Source: an uncultured Actinomycetes bacterium (GTDB taxonomy: Bacteria; Actinomycetota; UBA4738; HRBIN12). Taken from it: DNA of 64,000 nt. The translations under genes and the position numbers were made by a program. The notes under the pieces were generated by a model. It made no database searches, was not told the origin of the DNA, and saw only the letters and a list, made by a program, of their open reading frames with translations. Location: the NCBI GenBank assembly GCA_963704885.1, contig CAVPIB010000004.1, forward strand, positions 640,001 to 704,000, written 5' to 3'. Every line of letters starts with the position of its first letter. Positions within the stretch are counted from its first letter, which is position 1. Shown piece by piece: positions 23,455 to 34,580 of the stretch.

Positions 23455-25098
23455 GTGAGACGCGCTTCGATCATGTTCGCAACCATGTGCTTGCTCGCAT
23501 CACTGGTCGCCTCGACGGCAGAGGGCACAGCCCGGCAGCGTCCGGTACGAACGGCAGCGAAGGGCAACAGCCATATCCGCCGCTCGATAGACGGGATCGC
23601 GTCCGCGACTCGCCGACCGACGTCCAACTTCGTGGCGTCGTCGATCGACTGCACAGCCACCACCGCTCCGGGAGCGACCAATACGCAGCTCGACTGCGAC
23701 TCCGAGCTCCCGAACAACGAGCCGGACATCGTGGTCGACCCCGAGGATCCGCTCCACATGATCGCCAGCTCCAACGACTACGACCAGTGCTGCGACGCCT
23801 TCTACACCACGTTCGACGGTGGACAGACCTGGACGGTGGGCGACATGTCGAACGAGGGAATCAAGCGCACCGGCAGCGACCCCGTCACGGTGATCGATCC
23901 CAAGAGCGGGAACGCGATCCATTCCTCGCTGAACTACCGGTTCACGCCCGGCGGTGAGTCGACCGACGGCGACCTGGTGGTCTCGATCTCCACCGACGGC
24001 GGCATCACGTGGGGGAAGCCGGTCGTGGTGTCGGACGGCGAGGGCGCCGACAGCGCTCCGCTGCAGATCTTCAACGACAAGGAATGGATGGTCACGGACA
24101 CGGATCCCGGCTCGCCCTTCTACGGCCGCACGTACCTGACGTGGAGCCGGTTCGTGGCCCGCCACGGCCACTACAAGAAGTCGCCCATCTGGGAGTCACA
24201 CAGCGACGACGGCGGGTTGACCTGGAGCCCCGAGCAGGAGATCTCGGGCAGCGCGGCGTTCTGCACCTTCCAAACCGCAGGCGCCGCCGGCAAGTGCGAC
24301 GAGAACCAGTTCTCAGTCCCGGTCACGGCTCCGAACGGGACCGTCTACGTGGCTTTCGAGAACGGCCAGAACTCATCGGCGTGGGAGTACGGCCGCGAGT
24401 GGGAGAGCAGCTACCTGGTGGTCCGCTCGACGGACGGCGGCGTCACGTGGAGCCCGCCCGTGAACGCCGTAGACCTTGAGGACGGCAAGCACGACCTGCC
24501 CCAGTCCGTGTTCGGGCGCCAGACGCTGAACGGGTACCAGCTGCGTGTGAACTCGGCGGGCAACATCGTGGTGGGAGGTAACGGGACCCTTTACATCGTG
24601 TTCGCGGATAACCGCGCCGGCACGCACGACGTGCCGGATCCGATCACCGACATGAACATCTACCTGGTGATGTCGACGGACGGCGGGGTCACTTGGAGCG
24701 CTCCCACCGCTGTGGACGCCGGTCCGAGCGACCAGTGGTTCCCATGGGCCGACATCAACCCGGTAACGGGGCAGCTCGGCGTCATCTACAACACCCGCGA
24801 TGCCGCGAACCCCGATCTGTACAACGCGGGGTACGCCGTAGGCACGCCGGGATCGTTCACTCGCTCGATCGTGAGCGCGAATCCATCGGACCCCACGAAC
24901 TCGCTCTTCTTCCAGACGAACGCACCGGGCTGCAAGAAGTGCGCATCGTTCAACGGCGACTACCTTGGACTCGACTTCGGGTCTGACGGCCGGGCCAACC
25001 TGGTTTGGACCGACATGAGCGTGCTGACGGACACGTTCGGCGGGGACCCACTGCCGCATCCACGAACCCTGCAGTTCATCTTCTTCGCACGCGTCTGA
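23455..25098 (+). CDS. Secreted BNR/Asp-box repeat (sialidase-fold) protein
   Basis: Signal peptide; five Asp boxes (TFDGGQTW, STDGGITW, SDDGGLTW, STDGGVTW twice); C-terminal GDY motif. Confidence 0.8.
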   Translation: MRRASIMFATMCLLASLVASTAEGTARQRPVRTAAKGNSHIRRSIDGIASATRRPTSNFVASSIDCTATTAPGATNTQLDCDSELPNNEPDIVVDPEDPLHMIASSNDYDQCCDAFYTTFDGGQTWTVGDMSNEGIKRTGSDPVTVIDPKSGNAIHSSLNYRFTPGGESTDGDLVVSISTDGGITWGKPVVVSDGEGADSAPLQIFNDKEWMVTDTDPGSPFYGRTYLTWSRFVARHGHYKKSPIWESHSDDGGLTWSPEQEISGSAAFCTFQTAGAAGKCDENQFSVPVTAPNGTVYVAFENGQNSSAWEYGREWESSYLVVRSTDGGVTWSPPVNAVDLEDGKHDLPQSVFGRQTLNGYQLRVNSAGNIVVGGNGTLYIVFADNRAGTHDVPDPITDMNIYLVMSTDGGVTWSAPTAVDAGPSDQWFPWADINPVTGQLGVIYNTRDAANPDLYNAGYAVGTPGSFTRSIVSANPSDPTNSLFFQTNAPGCKKCASFNGDYLGLDFGSDGRANLVWTDMSVLTDTFGGDPLPHPRTLQFIFFARV

Positions 25099-25114
25099 TC
25101 GGGCGAACGGTTGA

Positions 25115-25142
25115 GGGTCTCCCGGCGATAGCCGGGAGACCC
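25115..25142. terminator. 12-bp perfect hairpin between convergent genes (probable bidirectional terminator)
   Basis: GGGTCTCCCGGC-GATA-GCCGGGAGACCC. Confidence 0.7.
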
Positions 25143-25148
25143 GGGCGC

Positions 25149-25799
25149 TCAGACCAGGCTCGAGGGACAGAGGTCGCTGACCGGGCACTCCTCGCACCTC
25201 GGCTTGCGCGCGACGCAGATAGACCGACCGTGGTCGATCAAGGCGTACGTGAAGTCGAACCACCGCTTCCGCGGGATCGACCGCATGAGGTCCCGCTCGA
25301 TCTTGTCGGGATCCTTCTCGGTGCTGAACCCCAGGCGTTCCGCGAGACGTCGCACGTGGGTATCGACGGCGATCCCCTCCACGACGCCGTAGGAGTTGCC
25401 GAGCACGATGTTCGCCGTCTTCCGCGCCACTCCGGGCAACGTGATCAGGTCCTCCATGGTGTCGGGGACCTTGCCGCCGTGGACCTCCACGATGCGTGAG
25501 CACGCTCCCCGGATCGACTTCGTCTTCTGGTTGAAGAACCCGGTCGACTTGATATCGGCGGCCAGCTCCGAATCCGGGACCTTCAGGTAGTCCTTCGCGG
25601 AGCGGTACTTCTTGAAGAGATCCTTCGTGACCATGTTGACGCGTTCGTCCGTGCACTGCGCGGACAGGATGGTCGCCACCAGGCACTCGAGCGGGTTGGA
25701 GAAGTTGAGCGCCACATGGGCGTCCGGGTACGCCTTCGAGAGGCGCTTCACGATCTCGGGAGCGCGATCCTGGATAGGGGAATCACGGGTTAGCGCCAT
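25149..25799 (-). CDS. nth: Endonuclease III
   Basis: ILSAQCTDERVN, HhH motif LPGVARKTAN, AVDTHV and the Fe-S motif CVARKPRCEECPVSDLCPS. Confidence 0.95.
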   Translation of the reverse strand: MALTRDSPIQDRAPEIVKRLSKAYPDAHVALNFSNPLECLVATILSAQCTDERVNMVTKDLFKKYRSAKDYLKVPDSELAADIKSTGFFNQKTKSIRGACSRIVEVHGGKVPDTMEDLITLPGVARKTANIVLGNSYGVVEGIAVDTHVRRLAERLGFSTEKDPDKIERDLMRSIPRKRWFDFTYALIDHGRSICVARKPRCEECPVSDLCPSSLV

Positions 25800-26521
25800 C
25801 AGCTCATCAGTTCGAGCGAGAAGGCGTCGCCGCTCGCGTGGTCCGCCCAGCTGCCGCCTTCCCAGATGTGCACCCCGGAACGGCCGGCCACGGACCATGA
25901 ATGGCCGTCGCCGACCATCGCCGTCTCCTCATCGATCGCCACCAGTCGCCCACCCTCGGGAACGGCCTCGGTCATGAATGCCCTGGCCCCTGGGATCCAG
26001 GTATCTATCATGTCCCAGTGCGGACCGAACAACGTCCGCGGGACGAAGCCCAACCCTGGCTTGAACACCTGTTCCAGATCGTCGGCGTCGGAGTCGAACG
26101 TCAGCTCGGTCAAGCACGCGACCCCCGCGCTGCAACCTGCGTAGGCCAGACCCCGACCCAGACGATCCAGCATGACTCGGCAGAACGCGGAGTCCCGAAG
26201 CGTTTCGGCCAGGTACCAGGGGTTCCCCCCGGAGAAGAAGACGACGGACGCCGAGGATAGGTCGTCGACGTACTCAGGGCGCTCGGCATCCTCACGGGTC
26301 CGGATGGGTAGCACCCGAGCAACGATCCCTGAACGTCCGTAGTGCTGGAGGCCCTTGTTCGCCCAGCCTTCGAAGACCTCGTCACCCTCGCGCGCAGACG
26401 CGGTGGGTACGATCAACACCGACCCGTCGCCGTCCGAGTGCTCGAGCAGCCAACCGTCGACGTCGTCGTGCCAAGACTCGAACTCGCCCGACCCCATGAG
26501 CGCGAACGCACCTTCGCTCAT
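25799..26521 (-). CDS. Peptidase S51 (peptidase E/cyanophycinase-like) protein
   Basis: VPTAS, FFSGGNP, catalytic GCSAG, PHWD and AIDEETA. Confidence 0.75.
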   Translation of the reverse strand: MSEGAFALMGSGEFESWHDDVDGWLLEHSDGDGSVLIVPTASAREGDEVFEGWANKGLQHYGRSGIVARVLPIRTREDAERPEYVDDLSSASVVFFSGGNPWYLAETLRDSAFCRVMLDRLGRGLAYAGCSAGVACLTELTFDSDADDLEQVFKPGLGFVPRTLFGPHWDMIDTWIPGARAFMTEAVPEGGRLVAIDEETAMVGDGHSWSVAGRSGVHIWEGGSWADHASGDAFSLELMS

Positions 26522-27702
26522 ACCCCGGCCTCGGCGATCGCTTTCGCGAAGCCCGGGATCGCTCGCTCCACCATGTCATCGTTCGCAGTAAGCGAGATCC
26601 GGAAGTACCCGGGCATCTCGAACATCGCACCGGGAAGCACATACACGTCGTGACCGACGAGGATCTTGCAGAACGCCTCGTCATCTTCCAAGGGTGAGCG
26701 GACCAAAACGTAGAAGGTCCCCTCAGGCTCGATCGCGTCGTACCCCTGTTCGCGAAGAGCACCGACGAGGCGGTCGCGCCGTCGCTGAAGCGTGTCGACG
26801 TTGACCGACAGCTTCTCGAGCTCTGGGATGGCGTGCTGCAGAGGCGCCACCGGGAAGGCCCACCCGAACATGATCTGCCCTACGAGCAGAGGGACGCGGA
26901 TCTCGTCGGTCTCGGGCATGTCCGGTGGCGTCGCGATGTAGCCGAGACGAGACCCGGGTGAGAGCAACGTCTTCGCGTACGTGTAGATGAGGAACGAGTG
27001 AGGGTAGTGCGCGACGGGCGTGGGGAAGACCCTCCCGTCGAACACCACTCGGTTGTATGCCTCGTCCGAGAGCAGGAAGATCCGTCTGCCGTTTCGCTCG
27101 GATGCCTCCTCGAGAAGCCGCGCGAGGTCGTCCAGGAGCTGAGGCGGGTAGATCCGGCCCGACGGGTTGTTGGGCGAGTTCACGATGATCGCCCTCGTGC
27201 GCGGCGTGATGGCGGCCGCGATAGCGTCCAGATCCAGGTCGAACGTGGTCCGGTCCGCATAGACACGCACAGGTGTCGCGAGTGATCCGACGATGAGGGC
27301 CTCGTAGAAGAACCACGGCGGTGACACGAAGATCACTTCGTCACCTGGGTCCACCAGCAACCGCAGCACGATGGCGAGGCCGGAGAAGTTCCCGTTCGTC
27401 ATGTGGATGTCGTCGTCGCGGAACGCGAGTCCGAACCGATGGCGGAGCCCGGCCCCGATCGCCGCCGTCGCCGACGGGAGGTCCATGGTGTATGCGTAGT
27501 GATCCTTGCCCGTCGGTTCCGTCCCGCCCCGCAGAGCCTCAACGTAGCCGGGCACAGGTAGATCCTGCGGATTGCCGAACATGAAGTCACACGACTCTGG
27601 CCGGCGCAGGGCTTCCCATAACTCGTCGGCCGTTCCGAACTCGGCGAACCTCCCGAGCCCGTTGATGATCGCTTGCATCTGTTCGGACACCGAGCCGTCC
27701 AT
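26518..27702 (-). CDS. Class I/II PLP aminotransferase
   Basis: FGNP, NSPNNPSG, SDEAYN and TYAKTLLSPGSRLGY. Confidence 0.88.
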   Translation of the reverse strand: MDGSVSEQMQAIINGLGRFAEFGTADELWEALRRPESCDFMFGNPQDLPVPGYVEALRGGTEPTGKDHYAYTMDLPSATAAIGAGLRHRFGLAFRDDDIHMTNGNFSGLAIVLRLLVDPGDEVIFVSPPWFFYEALIVGSLATPVRVYADRTTFDLDLDAIAAAITPRTRAIIVNSPNNPSGRIYPPQLLDDLARLLEEASERNGRRIFLLSDEAYNRVVFDGRVFPTPVAHYPHSFLIYTYAKTLLSPGSRLGYIATPPDMPETDEIRVPLLVGQIMFGWAFPVAPLQHAIPELEKLSVNVDTLQRRRDRLVGALREQGYDAIEPEGTFYVLVRSPLEDDEAFCKILVGHDVYVLPGAMFEMPGYFRISLTANDDMVERAIPGFAKAIAEAGV

Positions 27703-28418
27703 CACGCCTCCTTCACCGCGCCTAGGCGGAACCATTCGGCCTTCATGGCACGGCGGAAGATATCCTGGCCGAACGCCTGAACCATCCCTCCGACCTGGCT
27801 GTCATGAGCCTCGATCGCCTGCAACTTCAACTCCAGGAGATCCGGCGGAAGCGGGAAGTCGATCGAGAGCTCCTCTCGCGGCGTCACGGGCGGAGTGCCG
27901 GGACGGAACACGTCGAACCGGTTGTAGATCGGCACGAACTCGTCCGCCCACTCCTGCGTGTTGGTCGCGTAGTGCACCCGCGAGCCGGACCTACCGACCT
28001 CCGCATGCGCTCGGGTCGCCCAATCGCTCACGGACATGTGCGCAACATGCCCGGTCATGCCATCGGGTCCGAACGTGAGCACGGTGTCGGGCTGCACGTC
28101 GGCCATGATGTCCCGGACCCTCTCGTATCCAGTCTCTGGAAGAGCGACGTCCATGTCGATGTCCGGCAGATCCAACCAGTGGTGCTCGGTCACGCCCAGG
28201 ATCTCGAAGCAGCGCATCAGCTCGGCCTCTCGGACCTGGCCCATCGTGGCCGCGGGCCATCGCTCCTCGTCCATGGAGCCGCCCTCGCCACGCGTGGCGG
28301 TCACGCAGACCACGCGCCGACCGTCACGTACGGCCTGCGCCATCAGTCCTGCGGTGAGGTATGTCTCATCGTCGGGGTGGGCCCATATCCCCAGGATCGT
28401 TCCAAGCCCGTCCATCAC
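27702..28418 (-). CDS. PIG-L family deacetylase (MshB/Mca-like)
   Basis: WAHPDDE, TATRGEGG, TFGPDGMTGHVAH and AHDSQ. Confidence 0.85.
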   Translation of the reverse strand: MMDGLGTILGIWAHPDDETYLTAGLMAQAVRDGRRVVCVTATRGEGGSMDEERWPAATMGQVREAELMRCFEILGVTEHHWLDLPDIDMDVALPETGYERVRDIMADVQPDTVLTFGPDGMTGHVAHMSVSDWATRAHAEVGRSGSRVHYATNTQEWADEFVPIYNRFDVFRPGTPPVTPREELSIDFPLPPDLLELKLQAIEAHDSQVGGMVQAFGQDIFRRAMKAEWFRLGAVKEA

Positions 28419-28462
28419 ATCGCCCTCCGCTTTTTCGTCAGGGCATGGTAGCGGGGCTTCGA

Positions 28463-28717
28463 TCAGCTCGTTGGGGAGTCGTGCTCTCGGATCATGAGCT
28501 GGATCCGGACCAACAGGTCAGGCGGCACGACGTCGCCGCCGCACTTCGCGCCGATCAGCTCCTTCAGGTGGCGCTGGAAGTCCGCGTGCTGCATGCACGG
28601 TGAACAATCGTCCAGGTGTCGCTGCAGGAGCGATCCCAGGTCCGACGCCAGCTCGCCGTCCAGGAATCGCTCGATCTCCAGAAGCGTTTCCCGACAGCCA
28701 TAGCTTCCCTCACCCAT
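28463..28717 (-). CDS. rsrA: Zinc-binding anti-sigma factor (RsrA/RshA-like)
   Basis: C...FLDGEL...HLDDCSPC (ZAS HxxxCxxC motif), directly downstream of the ECF sigma gene. Confidence 0.85.
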   Translation of the reverse strand: MGEGSYGCRETLLEIERFLDGELASDLGSLLQRHLDDCSPCMQHADFQRHLKELIGAKCGGDVVPPDLLVRIQLMIREHDSPTS

Positions 28718-29306
28718 CGACAAATCCCCGTTCTTTCGCCGTGTCCCACAACGCCTTCTCCAGGGCTTTCCTTCCCCGGTGCAGACGCGACATGACCGTG
28801 CCGATCGGCGTCTGCATGATGTCGGCGATCTCCTTGTAGCTGAACCCCTCCACGTCGGCCAGCAGAACAGGCAGCCGGAAGTTCTCGGGTAGCGACTCCA
28901 ACGCACCCTTCACAGCCTCATCAGGTATCCGATCGAGAACCTCCGTTTCGGCCGAGTCCTCCACGCTGCGCGCGCCTATCTTGTCGAACAGGTACCACTC
29001 GTCGAGGTCGTCGGGGCCCTCCGCGATCTGGGGCTGACGCTGCTTCTTCCTGTAGGTGTTGATGAAGCTGTTCGTGAGGATCCGGTAGAGCCACGCCTTC
29101 AGGTTGGTGCCCTCCTTGAAGCCCGCGAAGCCCCGGAAGGCGCGCAGATAGGTGTCTTGCACCAGATCCTCCGCGTCGGCCGGGTTACGGGTCATCCGAA
29201 GGGCCGCCCCATACAGGCCGGACATGAGAGGCATCACGTCCCGCTCGAATCGCTCTCGCAGCGCGGCGACGTCCGTTGGCGTCGCGGTCTCTCCCGCTAT
29301 CGACAT
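28710..29306 (-). CDS. sigH: ECF sigma factor, SigR/SigH-like
   Basis: [31 protein letters not shown] and [27 protein letters not shown]. Confidence 0.88.
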   Translation of the reverse strand: MSIAGETATPTDVAALRERFERDVMPLMSGLYGAALRMTRNPADAEDLVQDTYLRAFRGFAGFKEGTNLKAWLYRILTNSFINTYRKKQRQPQIAEGPDDLDEWYLFDKIGARSVEDSAETEVLDRIPDEAVKGALESLPENFRLPVLLADVEGFSYKEIADIMQTPIGTVMSRLHRGRKALEKALWDTAKERGFVDG

Positions 29307-29390
29307 GAGAACGCAGTATCCCCTATGACCAGGGCCGATGACCCTCCGGGCCTTCCGTGAAGCTGTCACAACTCGAGGGAGGGTGGGAAG

Positions 29391-31403
29391 ATGGCTCGAA
29401 TGCCCGACAGCAACGGACGCGGATCGCGCAACCGCTGGACCCCCGACTCGGGCGGTTCCGGAGGCTCCGGCACGCCCAGGCCTCGATTCAGCCCTTGGCT
29501 CGCCGTCCCTCTCCTTCTGCTCGGGATGCTGCTCTTCAGCAGCTACCTCAACAACGCGGGCACCCGCCAGATCGACCTCTCCACGTTCCTCGCCTACGCG
29601 GAGCAGGGGCAGATCGTCGGCACGGTGGAGATCTCGTCATCCAGCGTCTCCGGCGAGTTCAAGCAAGACGGCGAGACCACCAAGTTCAGCGCCACGCTGC
29701 CGCCCGGGTACGACACGTCCACGCTCACCACCCAGCTGGATGAGCTCAAAGTCGATTACAAAGGCGTGCAGCCGAGCGTGTTCACGTCGCTCATCCTCAA
29801 CATCCTGCCCTTCGCGCTGGTGATGGTGCTCATCTACTACTTCGTGTTCCGCAAGATGGGAGGGGGGGCGGGTTCCGCGCTCAACCTCGGCCGCAACAAG
29901 GTGAAGATCTACGACCGCAAGGAGATGAAGACCAGCTTCAACGACGTCGCGGGCGTGGACGAGGCCAAGGAGGAGCTCGGCGAGATCGTCGACTTCCTGA
30001 AGAACCCCAAGAAGTACCAGCGACTGGGCGGGCGCATCCCGAAGGGTGTGCTGCTGCTCGGGCCTCCCGGGTGCGGCAAGACCCTGCTCGCCCGCGCCGT
30101 CGCCGGTGAGGCCAACGTGCCGTTCTTCTTCATGTCGGGCTCGGAGTTCGTGGAGATGTTCGTGGGCCTCGGGGCCGCGCGCATGCGTGACCTGTTCCAG
30201 CAGGCTAAGGAGAAGGCGCCGGCGCTGATCTTCCTGGACGAGATCGACACCATCGGCAAGGGACGGGGCGGGGCGATGGGCGCCGGTTTCGGCGGACACG
30301 ACGAACGCGAGCAGACGCTCAACCAGCTGTTGGTGGAGATGGACGGATTCGACTCGTCGAAGGGCGTGATCATCATGGCCGCCACCAACCGTCCCGACGT
30401 GCTGGACCCGGCGCTGATCCGTCCCGGCCGCTTCGACCGCCAGGTCGTAGTGGACCGCCCCGACCTGCGGGGCCGTGAGGAGATCCTGCGGGTGCACGCG
30501 CGCGGCGTGGCTCTGGACCCCGACGTCGATCTGCACACGATCGCCTCCCGCACGCCAGGCTTCACGGGCGCCGACCTGGAGAACGTTGTGAACGAGGCCG
30601 CGCTCCTGGCCGCGCGTCGCGAGAAGAACTCGGTCACGAAAGAGGAGCTGGAAGAGGCGATCGACCGCGCCAGCATGGGACTGGAGCGCCGGTCACGCGT
30701 GATGAGCGAGAAGGAGAGGATCCGCGTGGCCAGCCACGAGATGGGTCACGCGCTCGTCGCCCACTTCAGCGAGAACCTGGACCCCGTCCACCGCGTGACG
30801 ATCATCCCCCGCGGGACGGCCGCACTCGGCCTGACCATGGTGCGACCGCTCGAGGATCGTTACCTCGCCACCGAGCCCGAGCTGAACGAGATGCTTGCGT
30901 TCGCCATGGGTGGGCGCGTGGCAGAGGAGCTCTGCTTCGAGGAGATCTCGACCGGCGCGCAGAACGACCTGGAGCGCGCGACGCAGGTGGCGCGCGCCAT
31001 GGTCACGGAGTACGGCATGAGCGAGAAGGTCGGCCCGCTCTCGCTCGGCCACGAGGACGCCAACTCCATATTCAGCGCGCCCAAGATCTCCGGGCAGACC
31101 GCCGAGGCGATCGACCAGGAGGTCAACAGGCTCCTCACCGAGGCGCACGATCGGGCCGAGAGGATCCTGCTGGAGCACCGGCAGCTGCTCGACGACCTGG
31201 CGGCCTTGCTGCTCGTAACCGAGTCGATGGATGGAGCCGACCTGGAGGCTTACGCCACGGGAACCAAGCCCATCCCTGATCCCGCCACGGCACAGCCGAA
31301 CGGCAGGAAGACGGTCCGACCCACCCCCGAACCTCAAGAGGCGGCATCCTCCGGGGTTTCACCCGCGGGACCACCTGCGCCGCCGATGCCCGCCTTAGAC
31401 TAG
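29391..31403 (+). CDS. ftsH: ATP-dependent zinc metalloprotease FtsH
   Basis: Two transmembrane segments, [30 protein letters not shown] and [10 protein letters not shown]. Confidence 0.96.
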   Translation: MARMPDSNGRGSRNRWTPDSGGSGGSGTPRPRFSPWLAVPLLLLGMLLFSSYLNNAGTRQIDLSTFLAYAEQGQIVGTVEISSSSVSGEFKQDGETTKFSATLPPGYDTSTLTTQLDELKVDYKGVQPSVFTSLILNILPFALVMVLIYYFVFRKMGGGAGSALNLGRNKVKIYDRKEMKTSFNDVAGVDEAKEELGEIVDFLKNPKKYQRLGGRIPKGVLLLGPPGCGKTLLARAVAGEANVPFFFMSGSEFVEMFVGLGAARMRDLFQQAKEKAPALIFLDEIDTIGKGRGGAMGAGFGGHDEREQTLNQLLVEMDGFDSSKGVIIMAATNRPDVLDPALIRPGRFDRQVVVDRPDLRGREEILRVHARGVALDPDVDLHTIASRTPGFTGADLENVVNEAALLAARREKNSVTKEELEEAIDRASMGLERRSRVMSEKERIRVASHEMGHALVAHFSENLDPVHRVTIIPRGTAALGLTMVRPLEDRYLATEPELNEMLAFAMGGRVAEELCFEEISTGAQNDLERATQVARAMVTEYGMSEKVGPLSLGHEDANSIFSAPKISGQTAEAIDQEVNRLLTEAHDRAERILLEHRQLLDDLAALLLVTESMDGADLEAYATGTKPIPDPATAQPNGRKTVRPTPEPQEAASSGVSPAGPPAPPMPALD

Positions 31404-31419
31404 TCCAGCACAGACTAGT
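31399..31419. repeat. Copy 2 of the dispersed palindrome
   Basis: ACTAGTCCAGCACAGACTAGT spanning the ftsH and glycosyltransferase stop codons. Confidence 0.7.
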
Positions 31420-32359
31420 CTCCGCGAGGACGAGGCTCATCGGGCGGCTCGCCTGACACCGTGAGGTCGTAGCGGTCGCGCCAGCGGTCCAGGAATCTGT
31501 AGAAGTTCCGTTTGGACCACTTGGCTCGCTCTTCGGGCGGCGTCTGGAACCACATCCGATGCTCGTGCCGCTCAACCGGCACGGGAACGACCAATGCGCG
31601 CAAGCCCTGATCCTTGATGCGGAACGAGTATTCGATGTCCGCCGTGCGGTACCAGCGGAACTTCTCGTCGAACATCCCGGCGGTCGTGAGGATCTCTCGT
31701 CGGAACGCCATGAGGTATCCCTCGACCGCGTCGCACTCCGGCCCCTCGGTCGTATCGAACTCGCGGAGGTCGGGCGACACGATCCCGAACGGCCCGCACA
31801 CCCCAACCGTCGGGTCTTCGAGCGCGGCCTCCAGCGGACCCAAGACGTCACCCGTTGCTTCGACGGATCCGTCCATGGCAAGCACGACGCGACCCCGCGA
31901 CCGTTTCAGTCCGGCGTTTCGGGCGGCGGCCCACCCCGTTCCCTCCTCGAGAGATACGACCTCGACCTCGTCGCCGAACACCGACGGGACCAGGCCCGTG
32001 ACGTCGGCCACCACGTATTGCACCCGACGCGCGCCCGCGTTGGATCGGAACGATGAGATGGCCCGGACGACGTCCTCGGGCCAGCCCTCGACGACCCAAT
32101 GGATCGAGACGTCGGCCGTCGCGGGTTGGTCCAGGACGGACCCGACATCGGTCGCCCGCAGGCGAGCCGGGCCTTCGCCCGCCGTCGATCCGGCGGCGAG
32201 GAGCGGTTCGAGGCGCCACCCGTCGGGTTCGTCGACCACGGTCCAACCAGCTGCGACGATCCGGTCCCTGAGTTCGTCTGCCCCCGCGAAGTCCTTCGCG
32301 GCGCGCCGTTCGGCGCGTTCGTCGGCCAGATCTCGAACGTCTCGTGGCGCCTCACCCAT
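31415..32359 (-). CDS. GT2-like glycosyltransferase with an N-terminal CysRS C-terminal-like helical domain
   Basis: N-terminus ERAERRAAKDFAGADELRDRIVAAGWTVVD; then GWAAARNAGL, FDEKFRWY and DIEYSFR. Confidence 0.75.
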   Translation of the reverse strand: MGEAPRDVRDLADERAERRAAKDFAGADELRDRIVAAGWTVVDEPDGWRLEPLLAAGSTAGEGPARLRATDVGSVLDQPATADVSIHWVVEGWPEDVVRAISSFRSNAGARRVQYVVADVTGLVPSVFGDEVEVVSLEEGTGWAAARNAGLKRSRGRVVLAMDGSVEATGDVLGPLEAALEDPTVGVCGPFGIVSPDLREFDTTEGPECDAVEGYLMAFRREILTTAGMFDEKFRWYRTADIEYSFRIKDQGLRALVVPVPVERHEHRMWFQTPPEERAKWSKRNFYRFLDRWRDRYDLTVSGEPPDEPRPRGD

Positions 32360-32392
32360 GGGACAGCGCCTCCGGGATGGGTCGGCTAAGCG

Positions 32393-32818
32393 TCAGGCCG
32401 TCGCGGCCTTGGTGGCCGAGCGCAGACGACCCGCCATCTGCTGCAGGGTCTTGAGAGCGATCGAGGGATGCTCCTGCATGAGCCCGCGGAACACCCACTC
32501 GGTCAACCCGAGCATCTGTACATCGGTCGTGGCGGTGACGGTCGCCGTGCGAGGCCCGCCGTCCAGCAGGGCGATCTCGCCGAAGAACTCGCCGGGGCCT
32601 AGTGTCGCCTTCTTCTTGCCGCCGATCGTGACGTCGGCGGTCCCCTCCACCAGGATGAACAGACCGATGCCCGGCTCGCCCTCGCGGGCGATAACGGTTC
32701 CGGCCTTGTGAGGTATGTCGCGCACCACTCGGGCCACGGTCTGAAGGTCCCGCTGCGAACAGTCCGCGAACAGTGGCACCTTGGCCAGGCGGCTCACGTT
32801 GGCTTTCGTCGTCCCCAC
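32393..32818 (-). CDS. Stand-alone cyclic nucleotide-binding domain protein
   Basis: VPLFA, REGEPG and FFGEIALLDGGPRTATV. Confidence 0.88.
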   Translation of the reverse strand: MGTTKANVSRLAKVPLFADCSQRDLQTVARVVRDIPHKAGTVIAREGEPGIGLFILVEGTADVTIGGKKKATLGPGEFFGEIALLDGGPRTATVTATTDVQMLGLTEWVFRGLMQEHPSIALKTLQQMAGRLRSATKAATA

Positions 32819-32879
32819 GGCCCTCTCCCCTCACCAGCGGTGCAACGTATCCGCGAATCCTACCCCGGACGCCCGGTCC

Positions 32880-34221
32880 TCAGTCCACCCGCCAGAGCGC
32901 CCAGTAGGTCGCCGGGTCGAACGCGATCCCGTCGGTTACGGCGGCGGCCTCGATCGCGGTCTTGAATCCGTCCGTGCGCGCGACACCCAGCCAATGAGCC
33001 TGAACGTAGTCGTGCAGGACCTCCACGAACCTGTCGACCCCGAAGAGACCGGCCAGGTTGGCCAGCAGACAGCCGCCGCCGCTGTAGATCGTGAAGTACT
33101 CCCCCAGATGTGTGGCCCAATAGGCCATGTCGTTCGTCAGGCGGGCGCCGGCCGAGGGCCAATCGAATCCGGAGCACTGCTTCCACGCGCTGAACGGCAG
33201 GTACTGCGCCCAGGTGGCGAAGGACTCGTCCAGCCAAGGCTCGGCGAACTGATCATCTCCGACTATCCCGTAGAAGTACTGGTGAGCCAGTTCATGGCTG
33301 ATCGTGTATCGGTCGCGGTTGGTGAAGATGATCGTGGGGTACTCCATGCCGCCGAACGTCCTGAAGTCCGCGAGGACCACGTCCATGTCCGGGTACGGGA
33401 AGGTCCCGAACGCCTCCGAGTACTTGTCCATGGATCGCACCGCGACGGTGAGCGCCGCCCGGGCCCGCCGCACGCTCATATCGCGTGGCAGGTACGAGAC
33501 CACGACACGGGTCCCGCCGGACCTGCCCTTGACGGACGCGAGGCGCCCTGCGGCCCACTCGAAGTCGCGGACGTCGTTCGCCACGTAGGTAGTGATCCGG
33601 CGCCTGCCCTGGGTTCGTGATCCGACTCGCCGAGCCCGACGTGGGCGTACTGAGGCCGGCGGGGACGTTCAACGTGACCCGGTAGTCCCCGACCACCGAA
33701 TAGAAGCTCTCGCCGATGTCCACGAACGGATCCAGGTGCCAGCCGAGGTCGTCGTGGACGGCGAGCGTCGGGAGCGCGGTACCGGCCAACGCCAGACCGC
33801 CGTGGTACCCGAAGCGGTCGTTCTTGGCGGGTAGGTGGATGGCCACGCGCATGGCGATGGTCGCGCGTTCTCCCGGCGCCAGCGGCACGTCGAGCTCCAC
33901 CGGGAACGCCGTGCACTTGCGTGAGAGCTTGCCCGCCGTGCCTCCTGTCACGTCGATGACGACGATCGCCTGCGCGCCGCAGCCCTTCACGCCGTTGGAC
34001 CAAAGGCGGAGCCAGATGGTGGAGAGCGGGTCGGCATCCAGGTTGGTGAACGAGACGCGTGACGTGCCGCGCCAGTCGTGACCCAGCGCGCCGCCACGCA
34101 GCGCCACCACGTACGAGGGCTCCCCAGGGTTGCGGATCACGGTGTCTGCCTGAGCGGGCGCGACCGGCGCCAGCTGAAGCAACACGAGGGTGAGCGGAAT
34201 GAAGCGCCTGAGGAACCTCAT
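32880..34221 (-). CDS. Secreted M1-family zinc metallopeptidase; frameshift near 33600
   Basis: Signal peptide in ORF 33292..34233; GGMEYP, HELAHQYF and WLDESFA in ORF 32880..33584. Confidence 0.8.
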
Positions 34222-34580
34222 CGTCGTGCCCACTTATCGCGCGTGATCGCGTAAACGACGGCCTGGAAGCTCACGCCGTTGTCCCACACCTCGGCCTCGT
34301 GGTCGAAGCTCATGCCCAGCCGGCGCATCACCGCCAGGCTGCGCACGTTCGGTCGATCCGCGATGGAGATGACCCGCGGCGCACCGAGGGTGTCGAACGC
34401 GTGGTCCAGCCACGCGGTGGCCGCCTCGGTCGCATACCCGTTCCCCCAGTGATCGTAGGCGAGGCGCCACCCCACCTCGAGCTCGTCGGGGTAACCCTCC
34501 TGGTGATGAAGGCCGCACATGCCGAGGAACTCGCCGTCCTCCCGGCGTTCGACGGCCAGCAGCCCGATGCCCATCGGTCC
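34218..34580 (-). pseudogene. C-terminal part of a RimJ/RimL-type GNAT (N-terminus missing)
   Basis: GIGLLAVERREDGEFLGMCGL, EVGWRL, WGNGYATEAA and NVRSLAVMRRLGM; no upstream N-terminal half. Confidence 0.65.

Noticed and set aside
23455-25098. Repeated ACGGACGGCGG-like DNA as a CRISPR or tandem repeat
   Set aside because: These are the Asp-box codons inside one protein gene.
29307-29390. SigR/SigH autoregulatory promoter (GGAAT-N18-GTT)
   Set aside because: No correctly spaced match upstream of sigH.
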